Origin: Macrostomum lignano
Lineage: Eukaryota
Assembly: GCA_002269645.1 (NCBI GenBank)
Contig: NIVC01002779.1
Location: 77,087 to 141,086 of the forward strand
Direction: 5' to 3'
Length of the DNA: 64,000 nt
Positions 16,301 through 28,495 of the stretch are shown here, piece after piece. The position numbers were made by a program, and so were the translations under genes. A model generated the notes under the pieces. It had not been told where the DNA came from, searched no databases, and saw nothing but the letters and a program-made list of their open reading frames with translations. The first letter of the stretch is position 1. Each line of letters begins with the position of its first letter.

Positions 16301-17369
16301 AAACAGGCGTGACTATTCATAACTGGATACAATTATGCACACTTCTTAGGTTTTTCTTTTCGTAACTGAATAATTATAGACAAAAAATTGCCTAGTAAAA
16401 AGCGATAATAAGATCTCATTACTAAGGGTTTCGAAATAAAGACGCTGACAGCATACAGAGGGATTACACGATGAGATTGGTCATAAAACGATCGGTCAGG
16501 ATGAAAATAGCTAAAATATAATAAGCGGCAATATACTTATACATTAGCAATTCACCATATTTATTCATACATTAACAAACAATTGCCATAGCAACTATTA
16601 CGCTTGACACCTGGAAATGAAATACAAACACAAACGTGGATTTTTCAAATCATCGCGCAGACGAATGAGCTTCATGGGCGTCTTATTGAATGCACTAAAA
16701 TGCTTTGGTACGCCTTAATGAATATTGACCGGTTTAATTTAACCGGGGTAACACCGCGCCTCTATTAAACTGTGTACAAATATAGTATACAAAGGTGAAA
16801 ACTTAAATTGCCGCATAAAAATATTATTATTACATAAATAGTGCCTTAAATCGCTTGCCAGCTACAAGGAAACACGAAAAGTGTTTTATACGACGCAAGT
16901 GGCAACAGTTAGTACAGTAGAAAGTGCACATGGGTCACTCACCTAGGGCAACACATTGACAACGCATATTGTACAACTGGTGTTATGCAATGCTACTATA
17001 AGTATAGTAAACATAATTTTTATTACCGCGATTTTTTGTTATAAAGAAAGGATGCATCAGAATGGCTACAACCAGGAGTAACTGTGAAAGTCATTTCAAT
17101 ACAGAAATAAGCAGTAAAACAGTGCACTTCCACTCGCTATACTCCAACATAGAATCGGGGAGTAAAATAGAAAAACCAATTTAACAGGGACAGTCCGAAT
17201 GCAAGTAGTATATAGCGGACAATGGGGTAATTTTTCTGCAATCTGGTACTTAGAGACAGGAGAGCGGGAGCACAGTCTGGGAGTAACGCCAATACCAGTT
17301 GCTAGGGATTAAAGCTGCACACATATCTAGATAGCGATACAGGTAGTTATGGCAATAATTTTCATCGGG

Positions 17370-20300
17370 CTAGGAGGCCTCCGCGTCAAGGCTGAGGGCC
17401 GGACGCTTAGCCGCCTGTGCGCCAACGTCTGTGTCGCCGTCTGGACCGACGCTGTCGGTGGTGGCTGCCGACTCCACCGAGGCAGAATTGGCGGCGTCAA
17501 CCGCGGAGACAACGGCTGTAGGACTGTGGGGCCTCTTGGACTGCGCCTGGGCCGAAGAAGACGAAGGACTGTCATCACCGCTAGCGGCGGCCTGCGCCGA
17601 CGACTGCCTGGACGGCTGCGGGGGCTTCGACTGCTGAGCCGACTGCTTGTCCGCGCCGCCTGTGCGGGTGGAGGACCAGGGGATGTAGAAATGTTAGGTG
17701 TCCCCAACTCAAGCTGGGTGTCCCCGACTCAAGCTGGGTGTCCTCGACTCAAGCTGGGTGTCCCCGACTCAAGCTGGGTGTCCCCGACTCAAGCTGGGTG
17801 TCCCCGACTCAAGCTGGGTGTCCCCGACTCAAGCTGGGTGTCCCCGACTCAAGCTGGGTGTCCCCGACTCAAGCTGGGTGTCCCCGACTCAAGCTGGGTG
17901 TCCCCGACTCAAGCTGGGTGTCCCCGACTCAAGCTGGGCTTCCCTGACTCAACCCGGGTGTCCCCGACTCAAGCTGGGTGTCCCTGACTCAAGCTGGGTG
18001 TCCCCGACTCAAGCTGGGTGTCCCCGACTCAAGCTGGGTGTCCCCGACTCAAGCTGGGTGTCCCCGACTCAAGCTGGGTGTCCCCGACTCAAGCTGGGTG
18101 TCCCCGACTCAAGCTGGGCTTCCCTGACTCAACCCGGGTGTCCCCGACTCAAGCTGGGTGTCCCTGACTCAAGCTGGGTGTCCCCGACTCAAGCTGGGCT
18201 TCCCTGACTCAACCCGGATGTCCCCGACTCAAGCTGGGTGTCCCTGACTCAACCCGGGTGTCCCTGACTCAAGCTTGGTGTCTCTGACTCAAGCTGGGTG
18301 TCTCTGACTCAAGCTGGGTGTCTCTGACTCAAGCTGGGTGTCCCTGACTCAAGCTGGGTGTCCCTGACTCAAGCTGGGTGTCCCTGACTCAAGCTGGGTG
18401 TCTCTGACTCAACTGGCAATCTGATTTCCAATCACCCTCCAGCGCAGTCACTTACCAGCTTTAGACGCATGCTTTCTAATTAGAAGCGGGTGCTCAGACT
18501 TGGGAAGAAACTGCATTAGACCCTTCGGCCTCGAGTACTCAACGTTCAGGTGAAGCTGCGAACTGGCAGTCATGCTATTGATTTGTTTAATAAAATTAGA
18601 AATATCATAGGTGAGATCAACGTTAAGCTTCTTGCCAGCATCGGCAATCTTGCGAAACATGATGCCAATAATCCATTTGCTGACGTGCTGCGGGTCGGAG
18701 TCGCTGGACCGGCCGTAGCTCTTTGTGTTGACGTGAGCCCTGGCTATGGCGCCGTTTTGCTCAAACGACAGCACCAGCTTGCGCAGCTGGGACTCAACCA
18801 GACCGTGAAAGTCCAAGTGGAGCTCTGCAGTGTCGCTCGAGGCAATTACGATAACGAAATGCTTGTAGCTTTCAAAGAAATTCTTAGACTGCAACAGGTC
18901 CTCCCAGGTTTTGCGTTTGAATAGAATGTCGCTAGTGATCTGACGGCCGCGCTCCAGTTCGTCCAGTATGACCTGCTTAGTAGAGTGGCTCACGTTGTAC
19001 GTTGAATTCTGGCGCGGATACACCGGCGTGATGATGGGCATTAGGTGGTATTTGTCTTTCAAATTGGTGCGCGGATCCCATTCGGGAAAGTGCAAATTAG
19101 GAGGCGTCAGTTCGCACAGCTCCACCGGCTTGGGCCAATCCCAGCGAGTTAGGACATAGAAGAAGCGCATTATGAGCACGTTTGGCGCGGCGTTGGGATA
19201 GAGCTGGGCAATGCGAGCCAGCAGGATGGCCCAGCTGACGCCGCCGAGGAAGCCCATCGCGTTGCTGTAGATGCCGCGCTTCTTGGCCCAGATACGAATT
19301 ACTTTTAGGGCGACGCGGAAGTTCTCCGGATTCGGCACCTGATTGGCAGGGGAAGAGGAAGGAAAGGGTTTCTGACTCAGCTCGGCACCTGATTGGCCGA
19401 GAGAAGGCAGGGGGAGAGGAAGAGGTTGCTGACTAAATTCGGCACCTGATTGGTGAATAGGGAGGAGAGGAAAGGGTTTCTGACTCAGCTCGGCACCTGA
19501 TTGGCCGAGAGAAGGCAGGGGGAGAGGAAGAGGTTGCTGACTAAATTCGGCACCTGATTGGTGAATAGGGAGGAGAGGAAAGGATTGCTGACTGAGCTCG
19601 GCACCTGATAGGAGGAGCGGGCGGAGGGAAAGAAAAGGGTTGCTGACACCTGATTGACGGAGAGCGGACAGGAGGGAGAGAAAAGGGTTGCTGACACCTG
19701 ATTGACGGAGAGAGGGCAGGGGAGAGAAAAGGATTGCTGACACCTGATTGGCGGAGAGCGGGCAGGGGGAAGAAAGGCTTGCTGACACCTGATTGGCAAA
19801 GAGCAGACAGGGGAAGGAAAGGGTTGCTGACTCAGCTCGGCACCTAATTGGCGGAGAGCGGTCAGGGGAGAGAAAAGGGTTGCTGACTAAGCTTGGCACC
19901 TGATTGGCGGAGAGCGGGCAGGGGGAGAGGAAAGGGTTGCTGACTCAGCTCGGCACCTGATTGGAGAGCAAGCAAGCGCCCATAAGCAAACCTGATGCAG
20001 GATCTCATCGGTGACCCGGCAGCCATTGATAGATCTGACGCACTGCTCGTCCATATTGCGCAGCAGAGTCTCTGTGTTGGCTCGAAGGTCAATATCATCC
20101 GGAATGGTTGGCAGGTCTAGCTTGGCAAATAGCAGATCGATGTCAACTGAGCGGAAAGTCATCTTGATGACTGGCACGAAAGCGTCGCTGACGGCGTGCA
20201 GCTCGGAACAGTCCGGGTGCTCCTTCAGGCGGGCTGGGAACTGTTCGAAGAATTCGTGTCGCTCAACGAACCGAGGCGAGACTAGCACAGCGTCAACGTC

Positions 20301-22301
20301 GGCGCCGCGGCTGTTGACGCCGAGGCGGTAGCTACCGAATGCGAATATCTTGCCGCCAACCTGGTGCAAACAAAATATGAAGACCAGTCTCAAAACATAC
20401 TTACGGCAATATTAGTAGAGAATTGATTTGTACAGTATAAACAAATAATAAAATATGAGCGACATGCGCAATCTCGAACATGAGAACCTCAAAGAACGTG
20501 ACTACTATTCTGTCTAATAGCGACTTACGTGTGTTGCCGATAGAAACGGCCGGGTGAATCCCTAGTTTGCACCCAAGCATGAGTAATAATAATAATTGAT
20601 TACACCTGCCCCAATGGGCAGATATGCAACCGACAGCTCAGCCGCATCTATCATTTTTAAAATGATACCGTGACAAAAGTCGCTAAAGTCTCTAATGACT
20701 CTAGTGTGCCTGGGGCGACTCTTGTGACTTTTTAACAACTCAAGCGCGTCAAATGCGACGGAGAGGCGGCTGTTGCACTTCTGAGTCGATGAGCATGCGT
20801 TTTCTATTTGCTCAGAAATGACGATCCAGCAGTATATTTAAGGCCGGTAGTAACGACTCTGTAACGCACCAGAACGCCTCAGAAGTGATGCACTAACGAT
20901 TCTACAGTGACGCTAAAGCGCTTCTTCTGCGACTTTTTAGAGACTGCAGACGCCGCTGAAAAGCTGGAAATTCGACTCTAATTCATCAAGCGACGTAAAT
21001 GCGCTTCAAACACAACTCAGTGACTCTAATGGGACTCTGGAACGCCTCAAATACGACTTTACGGCCCCAGAATCGTTATACCATCGCCCCAGAGTCGCTA
21101 GAGTCACGCCAGAATCCTGTCAGAGTCGCAGACAATAAAACACTTCAAAGTGATTTTGGGGAGACTCTTTTACAACTTTTTGGCAACTTGTACCGTGACA
21201 TGTCGTCGTTTTAGAGTCGTTTAGAATCACTTCTTTCCTATTTGACCTATGTCGAGGGGGCCGTAGCCCAGCGGTAGCGCAGCTGCTCTGGTGTGCCAGC
21301 GACCCAGGCTCGATTCCAAGTGCAGTCACATTAATTTGGGGCTGAATTGGAATCTCGGCTTGGCTCTGCTCGTGCAATTAACGGCCTTGAGAGCCACCCC
21401 CCAAGGCGCAGTGAAGTGTACATGCCTAACGATAAATAAAGTTAGGGCCGCTGTACACTCCTGTATGAGTGTGTGCCTGCGTACGTATCCGCGCGCTTGT
21501 ATGCCTGCTCAGGGGAGTCGGCGGAATGGGCAGCAATGCCTCTCGCCGGTTGTGTGCCAATGTCGCTTAAAGTGCGCCAGGGTGCACACAACCCCCCTGC
21601 CTCTAATAAAAAAATTACCATGTCATCTGCAACGCGTCTGAAAAGACTCTGGAGCGACGCAAGTGACTCCGGGGCGCTTCTTGGACTTGGTACCGTTTTC
21701 ATCAAGTATTGCGCGGCGCATTTGAAGGCTGCGTACGGCTGTTCAGTCCAAGGACTGGGGGGGTCGCCATCGCCAAACACAGCCTCAATTACCTCAGCTA
21801 ATGCTGGCACCCATTTTACAGCTGGGTGAACTGAAGCAATGCAGAGTTATGCGTCTCGCTCAAGGACACAAATTGTTCCAGTGGGATCGGGAATCGAACC
21901 CCCGACCTTCAAGTCGTGAGTCCATCGTTTAAAACGCAAAAAAATCAGTTTAAGTCGATGCACAAACAAATGTGTATTTATGGCTCAAGCAAAGCGCTGG
22001 CTGTGCTTTCGGGTTTCAAAATGAAAGGCGGCCGCAATTCTCACAGTTTCAGCCACGTGACTCGGTATGGACTTGATCAGTGCAATCTCTCGAATCCATT
22101 CGCACGCCAGAGTCTGCAGGAACAGCAGAGTGCTGCTTCTCAGCATCATGCCTTCTCCGCTCTCGAATACCTCCATGCGGATTAGCATGTCCTCCAGGTA
22201 TCTGGTCTCCTTCAGGTCATCCTCAGTGGGTCCCGCCAGGCTTAGAGGAGATGTAACACCCGGTAGAGCCGGCTCTGCTGCTGCTGAGATGTGTCTTCCA
22301 T
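17370..22301 (-). CDS. PAPOLA: Canonical poly(A) polymerase; complement join(22045..22301,19992..20360,18456..19338,17370..17659), ~599 aa, with one apparent 1-nt frameshift near 22262
   Basis: Motifs GVTSPLSL, EWIREI, GGKIFAFGSYRLGV, ADVDAV and DIDLLFA (catalytic Asp residues intact), RSINGCRVTDEIL, WAKKRGIYSNAMGFLGGVSWA, LMPIITPVYP. Introns GT-AG. The best ATG (22301) is one base out of frame with the rest of exon 1. Confidence 0.9.
17698..18415. repeat. 20-bp minisatellite in poly(A) polymerase last intron (~36 copies)
   Basis: Unit GTGTCCCCGACTCAAGCTGG. Confidence 0.96.
19339..19965. repeat. 45-57-bp degenerate minisatellite filling poly(A) polymerase intron 2; each unit contains a copy of the 3' splice site
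   Basis: CACCT(G/A)AT (minus strand ATYAG|GTG) occurs 13 times between 19336 and 19961. Confidence 0.92.
20651..21706. mobile_element. Non-autonomous DNA-element-like insertion with a TA target duplication, rich in GACTC/GAGTC motifs
   Basis: Interrupts the SINE at ...GCATCTA|...|TATTGCG (TA at 20649-50 and 21707-08). Weak terminal similarity (AAAATGATACC vs AAAACGGTACC). Superfamily not assignable. Confidence 0.6.
21254..21614 (+). mobile_element. Second tRNA-derived SINE family (A-tailed)
   Basis: A box TAGCCCAGCGG (21264-74), B-box-like GGCTCGATTCC (21307-17), CTCTAATAAAAAAA tail, degenerate flanking repeat TGACCTATGTC / TTACCATGTC. Confidence 0.7.
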
Positions 22302-22809
22302 AGCTAAGATGCTGCTTTGGAGAGAACTGGGTGAATACTGGCTGATTAGCCAATAGAAGCAGCAGGTCAGGCGCAGAACAATAGCAGGTTTTTCACTGTT
22401 TCAAGCATAAAAGCAGAGCCAGTTGACAGAAATTTTTAAACAGAGATCAACCTAAGACAATCATCAAATTTTATTAGCTCTGTGCCAACACTTTATTTAT
22501 AGTAACAGAATATATTTTACTTAATGGGGCATACTACTCTTCAACAGTACATATTGTGCCATTTTGTGAAGTATAAAGTCCATATACTAAAAATGAAAAT
22601 TTTGTTTGTACGCAATCGATTATCAACATATTTTCCTTACTTTTTATACATGGCCAAATACTTTGCTAGACTGTAATTATTTGATATGTTTCAGCTTCAG
22701 ATTATAAATTTGGCAAAAAAGTTAGAGCATTTAATGCATAAAATGATAGACAAAAATTGGTATAAAATGCATGATAAATTAGGATTTGAAACCTTTGAAA
22801 CTTTTCTCC

Positions 22810-22985
22810 TTTCCTAACTCTTCTTTCCTCTCTACTCTTGCTACTTTCCTCTATTATCTCTCCTCCCTATTTTCTTTTCTCCTCTCATGTATTATCTTGT
22901 CTTCTCTTTCCTCTCTTTTCTCCTCTCTTTTCTCCTCTCTTTTCTCTCCTCTCTACTTTCCATTCCTCTTTTTTTTTCCTTTTTT
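22810..22985. repeat. CT-rich low-complexity tract
   Basis: Seen directly. Confidence 0.85.
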
Positions 22986-23097
22986 ACACATTTTTCAAAA
23001 GCATTTAAATTTTAAAGTTCCAGATAAGAATCTGATAAGGTTTGCATATTTACTTGTGCTGTTATATAAAACAGCAATATATAATGCAAATTGTATT

Positions 23098-24252
23098 GAG
23101 TCATCGAGGAGGCGCGCACACGCCAGCCAAGCCTGATTGTGGTCTTCGTCGACTTCAGGAAGGCTTTCGACTCGGTTGCCAGAAGCGCGCTTCCACTGGT
23201 GCTCAGAGCGTACAACGTGCCGCAGCAACTAGTCAGTGCTACGATGGCGCTGTACCAGAACACCAGAGCTGCGGTGGTGACGCCAGACGGCCTCTCGGAC
23301 ACCTTCGACACGTCATCCGGAGTGCTCCAGGGGGACACGCTGGCGCCCTTCCTATTTGTACTGGTTCTGGACTGGGTGCTGCGGACTGCCCTACCAACAG
23401 CCGACGATGGCTTCCTCCTGCAACGCCGTAGGGCCGCCGCAAGCCAGAGCGTCGCCTCAGCATCCTGGGCTACGCCGATGATCTCGCCCTGCTGTCCTCA
23501 ACCGACGAGGGCGCCCAACGTCAGCTGGACCGTCTGGTTGGCGTTGCTGCGAGCGTCGGCCTGGTGATCAACACGCAAAAGACCGTCGTGCTCACCATGC
23601 CCACCAACATGCAAGCCGACATCTACTGCCGAGGTGCTGATGGGCAGGCAACGCTGCTGCCGCGCGTTCAGCAGTTCGTGACCTCGGCGGCCTGGTACCT
23701 GACGCCTTCGACGACCTGAGGCGTCGCCATGGACTCGCTTGGGCGGCCTTCAACTCCATGAGGACCGTCCTGCACTCTGTGGCCCTGCCAGACCGCCAGC
23801 GCTCGGCGTTGTTCCAGGCGGTGATCGAGACCGTCCTGCTCTACAACGCTGAAACATGGACGCTGACGGAGACGCTCGAGCGACAGGTCGACGCGGCGCA
23901 CGCCGGACTGCTGCGCGCTGCCTTCAAGATCGGCGGCGGCGAGCATGTCACCAATGCGGCACTGTACGCCCGAGCTCGATCTGCTCCGCCGCCGGCGGCT
24001 CCAGCTGGCAGGCCACCTCATCCGCGCTGAGGTGTACTGCCCCGAGCCGGCGCAGGAAGCGCTGCTGCTTGCGCTCCCGGCGCCCTTCTGGCGGGGGCAG
24101 GCGCGCACTCGGTGGTATCCGGACTGCCTGCTGGCCGATGCTGGCGCCCCCGACCAGGCCGGTGGACCGGACTTTCTCCGCTCCCGTGCTCTGAGACGCG
24201 ACCTGTGACGCCCAACACCGACCCTGGGGCGTAACTTGTTGTTGTTGTTGTT
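23098..24252 (+). mobile_element. 5'-truncated, frameshifted RTE-type non-LTR retrotransposon (RT domain to 3' end) with (TTG)n tail
   Basis: VFVDFRKAFDSV, GVLQGDTLAPFLF, LGYADDL (23471-82), GLVINTQKT, LLYNAETWTL. Several frame changes. (TTG)n at 24236-24252. Clade assignment is from motif recall. Confidence 0.9.
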
Positions 24253-25024
24253 ATAACAAAAAACACTAAATTTTTATCACTGCAACATGTATAGGGGTAT
24301 GCTATTTTACCCAACTTATTTCTATATTGATTTTAAATGAAAAATAAAAAATAGAGCTATCTTTTTTACTTTTTCAAAATAAAAAACTAGGACCTATAAC
24401 TTACCATAGGAATTTGCATATATTTTTATGATATCAATTTTAGTAAGCAACAAGTTCTAGGCAAAGCTTTTTATACCATATATAATCATTTTGTATAGGA
24501 AATCAAATGGAAAATTGAAAACCATGCCAAAACCAGCAAAATACAAAAATGCTTTGATTTTTAATGGCTAAAAATATTAACTAAAATTTAAAAAAATATT
24601 TTTTTCATTATCAAAATGTTTTAAATAGTAAATTTAATATAAAATAGTTTTTTTTAATTGTTTAAACTCTGTTTACTATATTTCTATACAAAAAATCAAT
24701 TTTTTATTTTTATAGTACCCTTTTTTATGAATTTGGACTCAATTTCTAGTTTTAAATAAAAAATATGTTTAGTTTAAAAAAATTAACTTTTTAACCAATA
24801 AACCAATCTATTTATATAATACATTGTTAGATAATTAGCTTATTAAGTTATTTCTTTTTCTTAGTTATACTTATTGAGGTTATTTTTTAACTAGAAAATG
24901 TGTATTATTTTACTTTTTTATTTTCACATTTCTGTCTCAGTAAACTCACTAATTTAACTTTGCAGGATGAAAGAAATGTCTTGTAGCTTTCTCTTCCCTT
25001 TTATTATCTAAATGTCATGTCATT

Positions 25025-25800
25025 CATAGTCCGAATCATGCTAGGTGCAAGCTTAAACAAAAATTAAATAATAATTACAAATGCACACCAAAAAATGTAT
25101 ATATATATAGACCCATTCACAAAACTATATCAGTGTTGCAACAATAAATGAACTTTTTTGAATTGTGTAAAAGAACCTTTTGGCAGATAATTTGGTTTGT
25201 TTTTCTGATTTTTCAGTGATACTATTTATAATAAAAAATTGATACATACAAAGATTTGTTTAAATGCCTTATTATAAGCTTAAAAATCTAGAAAGGTTGA
25301 AAATAAAGCTTTAATTTTCTTTATCTTTTTTCTACTTAACACTTACTCTTCTATGTGATTCTATTAAGTGCACGCAAGATGTGCATGCATACAATTCCAT
25401 AGTCTGAATCATGCTAGGTGCACACTTAAACAAAAATTAAATAATTACAAATACATACCAAAAAAACTTGCATGCATGCCTATTCCCAAAACTACGCTAG
25501 TGTTGCCACAATAAATGACCTTTTTTACATTGTGACAATAAATGAACTTTTTTGAATTATGTATTAGACTTTTTGGCTTGGCATATAATTTCATTGATTT
25601 TTATAGTTTTTCAATGATACTAATTATAGCAGAAAATAAATATGTAAAAATTTGTGTAAATACTTTATAATAAGCTTAAAAGACTATAAAACTTGAAATT
25701 TATGCCTTTAAATGAACTTTTTTATCTATTTTTCTACTTAATACTAATTCTACCACATGATTCTATAAAGTGCATGCCACAATGCCAGGTGTGCATGCAC
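25025..25800. repeat. Old ~373-bp tandem duplication, AT-rich
   Basis: CATAGTC(C/T)GAATCATGCTAGGTGCA...TTAAACAAAAATTAAATAA at 25025 and 25398, with colinear downstream similarity. Confidence 0.8.
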
Positions 25801-27802
25801 ACTATTTTCTTAGGAGCAATGCATGTCAATTGTGCACGCCTACTTTTTGAGTGCATGGCCAATGCATGCCCAAATTTTTGGGTATATACTACATAATCCA
25901 GAGTGTGGACACCTTTTTTTAGGAGTGATACACACCAACTATATATGCCTACTTTTGGCAGGCAAGGCCAATGCATACCCAAATTTTTAGACATATATTA
26001 TATAATCCAGAATATGTCATGTCATAGGCTATAGCATATATGCCCAACCTCAAAATTTCATCCATCTGGTGCAACTTAGTTTTGTCTAGATTTGTGACTT
26101 AGTTCTTCTTGATTACAACTTAGTTCTCCCAATTACAACTTTTTTTCACTTTATATATGACTTTTCTTGCTTTTTTCTCTTTTTTCTTTCCTTTTTCTCT
26201 ATTTCCCTCCTTTCTTTTCTTTTTCTATTCCTTTCCTCTCCTTTTTCCCCTAATTTTCTTGATTTTGGGACTTACCTTGGTTGGCTGCCATTTCACCTGT
26301 CTGGTTTGGACAGGTGTTAGGCATATATGGGCTATAGTATAGGCCTAATATAAGGGGTGGTGTGGCCTTTGTTAAGAAAGACTACTTATCAATCATTTGC
26401 CAATAGCCTAGGCCTAATACTAAATAATAGGTAAATGAATTCATTTTGTATAAATTATTATCAAAGAAATTATAAATATGGACTAACTTTCATTTTTCTA
26501 TTTATAGGCCTAAGTAGAAAGGCAGGGCCAATAGCTATATAGTAGGCCTATATATTTAAATAAAGTGAGAAAAAATGATTCACAACAATAAAAAGTTTAA
26601 ATAGCTAAATTGCTTTGCCATATTCATAGCAAGTTGCATTGTTATAGCTATTTTCTTGAAAAAAACTGCCACACAGGTAAGTGCTTTGGTCAAGCCATGA
26701 ATTGCAATGATTAAACCTAGGCCTGCCCTATATAGAAATGTCTAGCTAAACTCACTGTTAGAAGCAGAAGCACATGTGATATTTACTATTTGTAATATAT
26801 TAATGGGGCCTATATCAAATGCCAATTCCATGGCTCCTCCTAGTTTGTGGGAATTAGCAGCCCCAAATCCACGTTCCATAAACCAGATTCTTAATGCTTT
26901 AAGTCTCCTAAAGCCTCCAAGGACCAAGGCTCATGCCGCTCCTAAAGGCTAAAGCTCCAAAGCCTCCTAAGTTAAAGCCCCATTACTCAATCTGAGCACA
27001 ATGTGTTCGCGAATGCTTAAGCGCCCCCACCTTTCTTCAAGATATGCCGTGTTATCCGGGTATCCCATCCTAAACTCCCTCATTTGAGGCACAATCCCAC
27101 AATCCATAAAAATTTCTACTCTTCAAACACAAACTTCTCAGTCCTTAATCCCCTAATTCCATCCCTTCATTTATGAGCCACAACACCAATACTCAACTCT
27201 TGACTTGCTCCAAATCTTTGCCTCTATCTCTACTGCTATGGCTAATCTGCTTCTCGAAGAATTTTACAGTATGGCATGTAAAAGAGCTGGCGATATGCGA
27301 TACCTGAAATTTAAATAAATTTTTGATAATTTAAATCTAAAAAGTTCCTAGAAAGCTGCGATAAAACAACAAAATGTCAACCCAACAAAGTTTACGAACG
27401 ACAATGAAACTCTGTAAAAATAAAGCGTAAATATATATAAAATGGTCTGTCACTTGAAAAAAACTTTTTTAATAATGACAGACCAATTTAACCTGAAAAA
27501 TCGATTAATGCATCGTTAAGGCAGCATGTGAGGCACAAAATAGCTTGATTAGAACTTTCTCTGACACTGTTAAGAGACCCAATCACTGTTTTAGTGTTGA
27601 AAATCGTGAAATTTCTAATTTCCGTAATGTATTTTTTCGGTGAAACCTGCTTTAAAACTATTTCTGAAGGAAAAGCTTTATGAATATCGATATAGAGCAA
27701 TAAGAAAGGCAGAACATATCAAAAGATGAACACTGGATCTGCCTCCTATCAAAAGCAAAAACAATTTTTGTGCTGAAAAAATTAAAACCTCCTAACTCTA
27801 TA

Positions 27803-27972
27803 CCCTAATGCCCTAATACCCTAATGCCCTAATACCCTAATGCCCTAATACCCTAATGCCCTAATATACCCTAATGCCCTAATACCCTAATGCCCTAATA
27901 CCCTAATGCCCTAATACCCTAATGCCCTAATATACCCTAATGCCCTAATACCCTAATGCCCTAATACCCTAA
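27803..27972. repeat. Telomere-like 8-mer array (CCCTAATG CCCTAATA)n, 21 CCCTAA hexamers, 66-bp higher-order period
   Basis: Seen directly; an extra TA occurs after every fourth 16-mer (27867-68, 27933-34). Confidence 0.95.
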
Positions 27973-28134
27973 TTATCAGTTCGACGCTGATAAGAATCCA
28001 CTTGCAAAGCAGCTGTAGTAAGTAATAATTGACTGAACAACTTCACAAGCAATCAAAGCAAAGAAGCAAAAAAGAAAATAATTCGGCAAGTTAAAACCTT
28101 GCAATTGTAATTGGGAATTTCTAGGAAGCAGACA

Positions 28135-28495
28135 TCGAAATTCCGCAAGCAAATTTCGGCAAGCAAAGTTCGCGTCGGCAAGCAAAATTCGGCAAGCAAA
28201 GTTCGGCAAGCAAAGTTCGGCAAGCAAAGTTCGGCAAGCAAAGTTCGGCAAGCAAAGTTCGGCAAGCAGAGTTCGGCAAGCAAAGTTCGGCAAGCAGAGT
28301 TCGGCAAGCAAAGTTCGGCAAGCAAAGTTCGACAAGCAAAGTTCGGCAAGCAAAGTTCGGCAAGCAAAGTTCGGCAAGCAAAGTTCGGCAAGCAAAGTTT
28401 GGCAAGCAAAGTTCGGCAAGCAGAGTTCGGCAAGCAAAGTTCGGCAAGCAAAGTTCGGCAAGCAAAATTCGGCAAGCAAATATTCGCAAGCAAAC
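28135..28495. repeat. 14-bp minisatellite GTTCGGCAAGCAAA (~25 copies)
   Basis: Seen directly; explains the CRTLLAELCLPNFA ORFs. Confidence 0.96.

Larger units (their letters stand above)
20584..21935 (-). mobile_element. CORE-like tRNA-derived SINE split by a later insertion (3' part 20584-20650, head and body 21707-21935)
   Basis: The two pieces join into one continuous match with the intact copy at 51316-51614. B box GGTTCGATTCC (21890-21900); (TTA)n tail. Confidence 0.85.

Noticed and set aside
17349-18207. ORFs of 212, 169, 126, 69 and 68 aa
   Set aside because: They are alternative frames or the antisense of the PAP last exon and the 20-bp intronic array.
19360-19950. TGCTGACTCAGC (MARE/AP-1-like) and CCAAT motifs in the PAP intron repeat as an enhancer array
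   Set aside because: Present in only a few units and explained by the repeat sequence itself; no independent support.
21256-21330. Functional tRNA gene
   Set aside because: A and B boxes are present but acceptor and T stems do not pair properly, and it continues into a SINE-like body and A tail.
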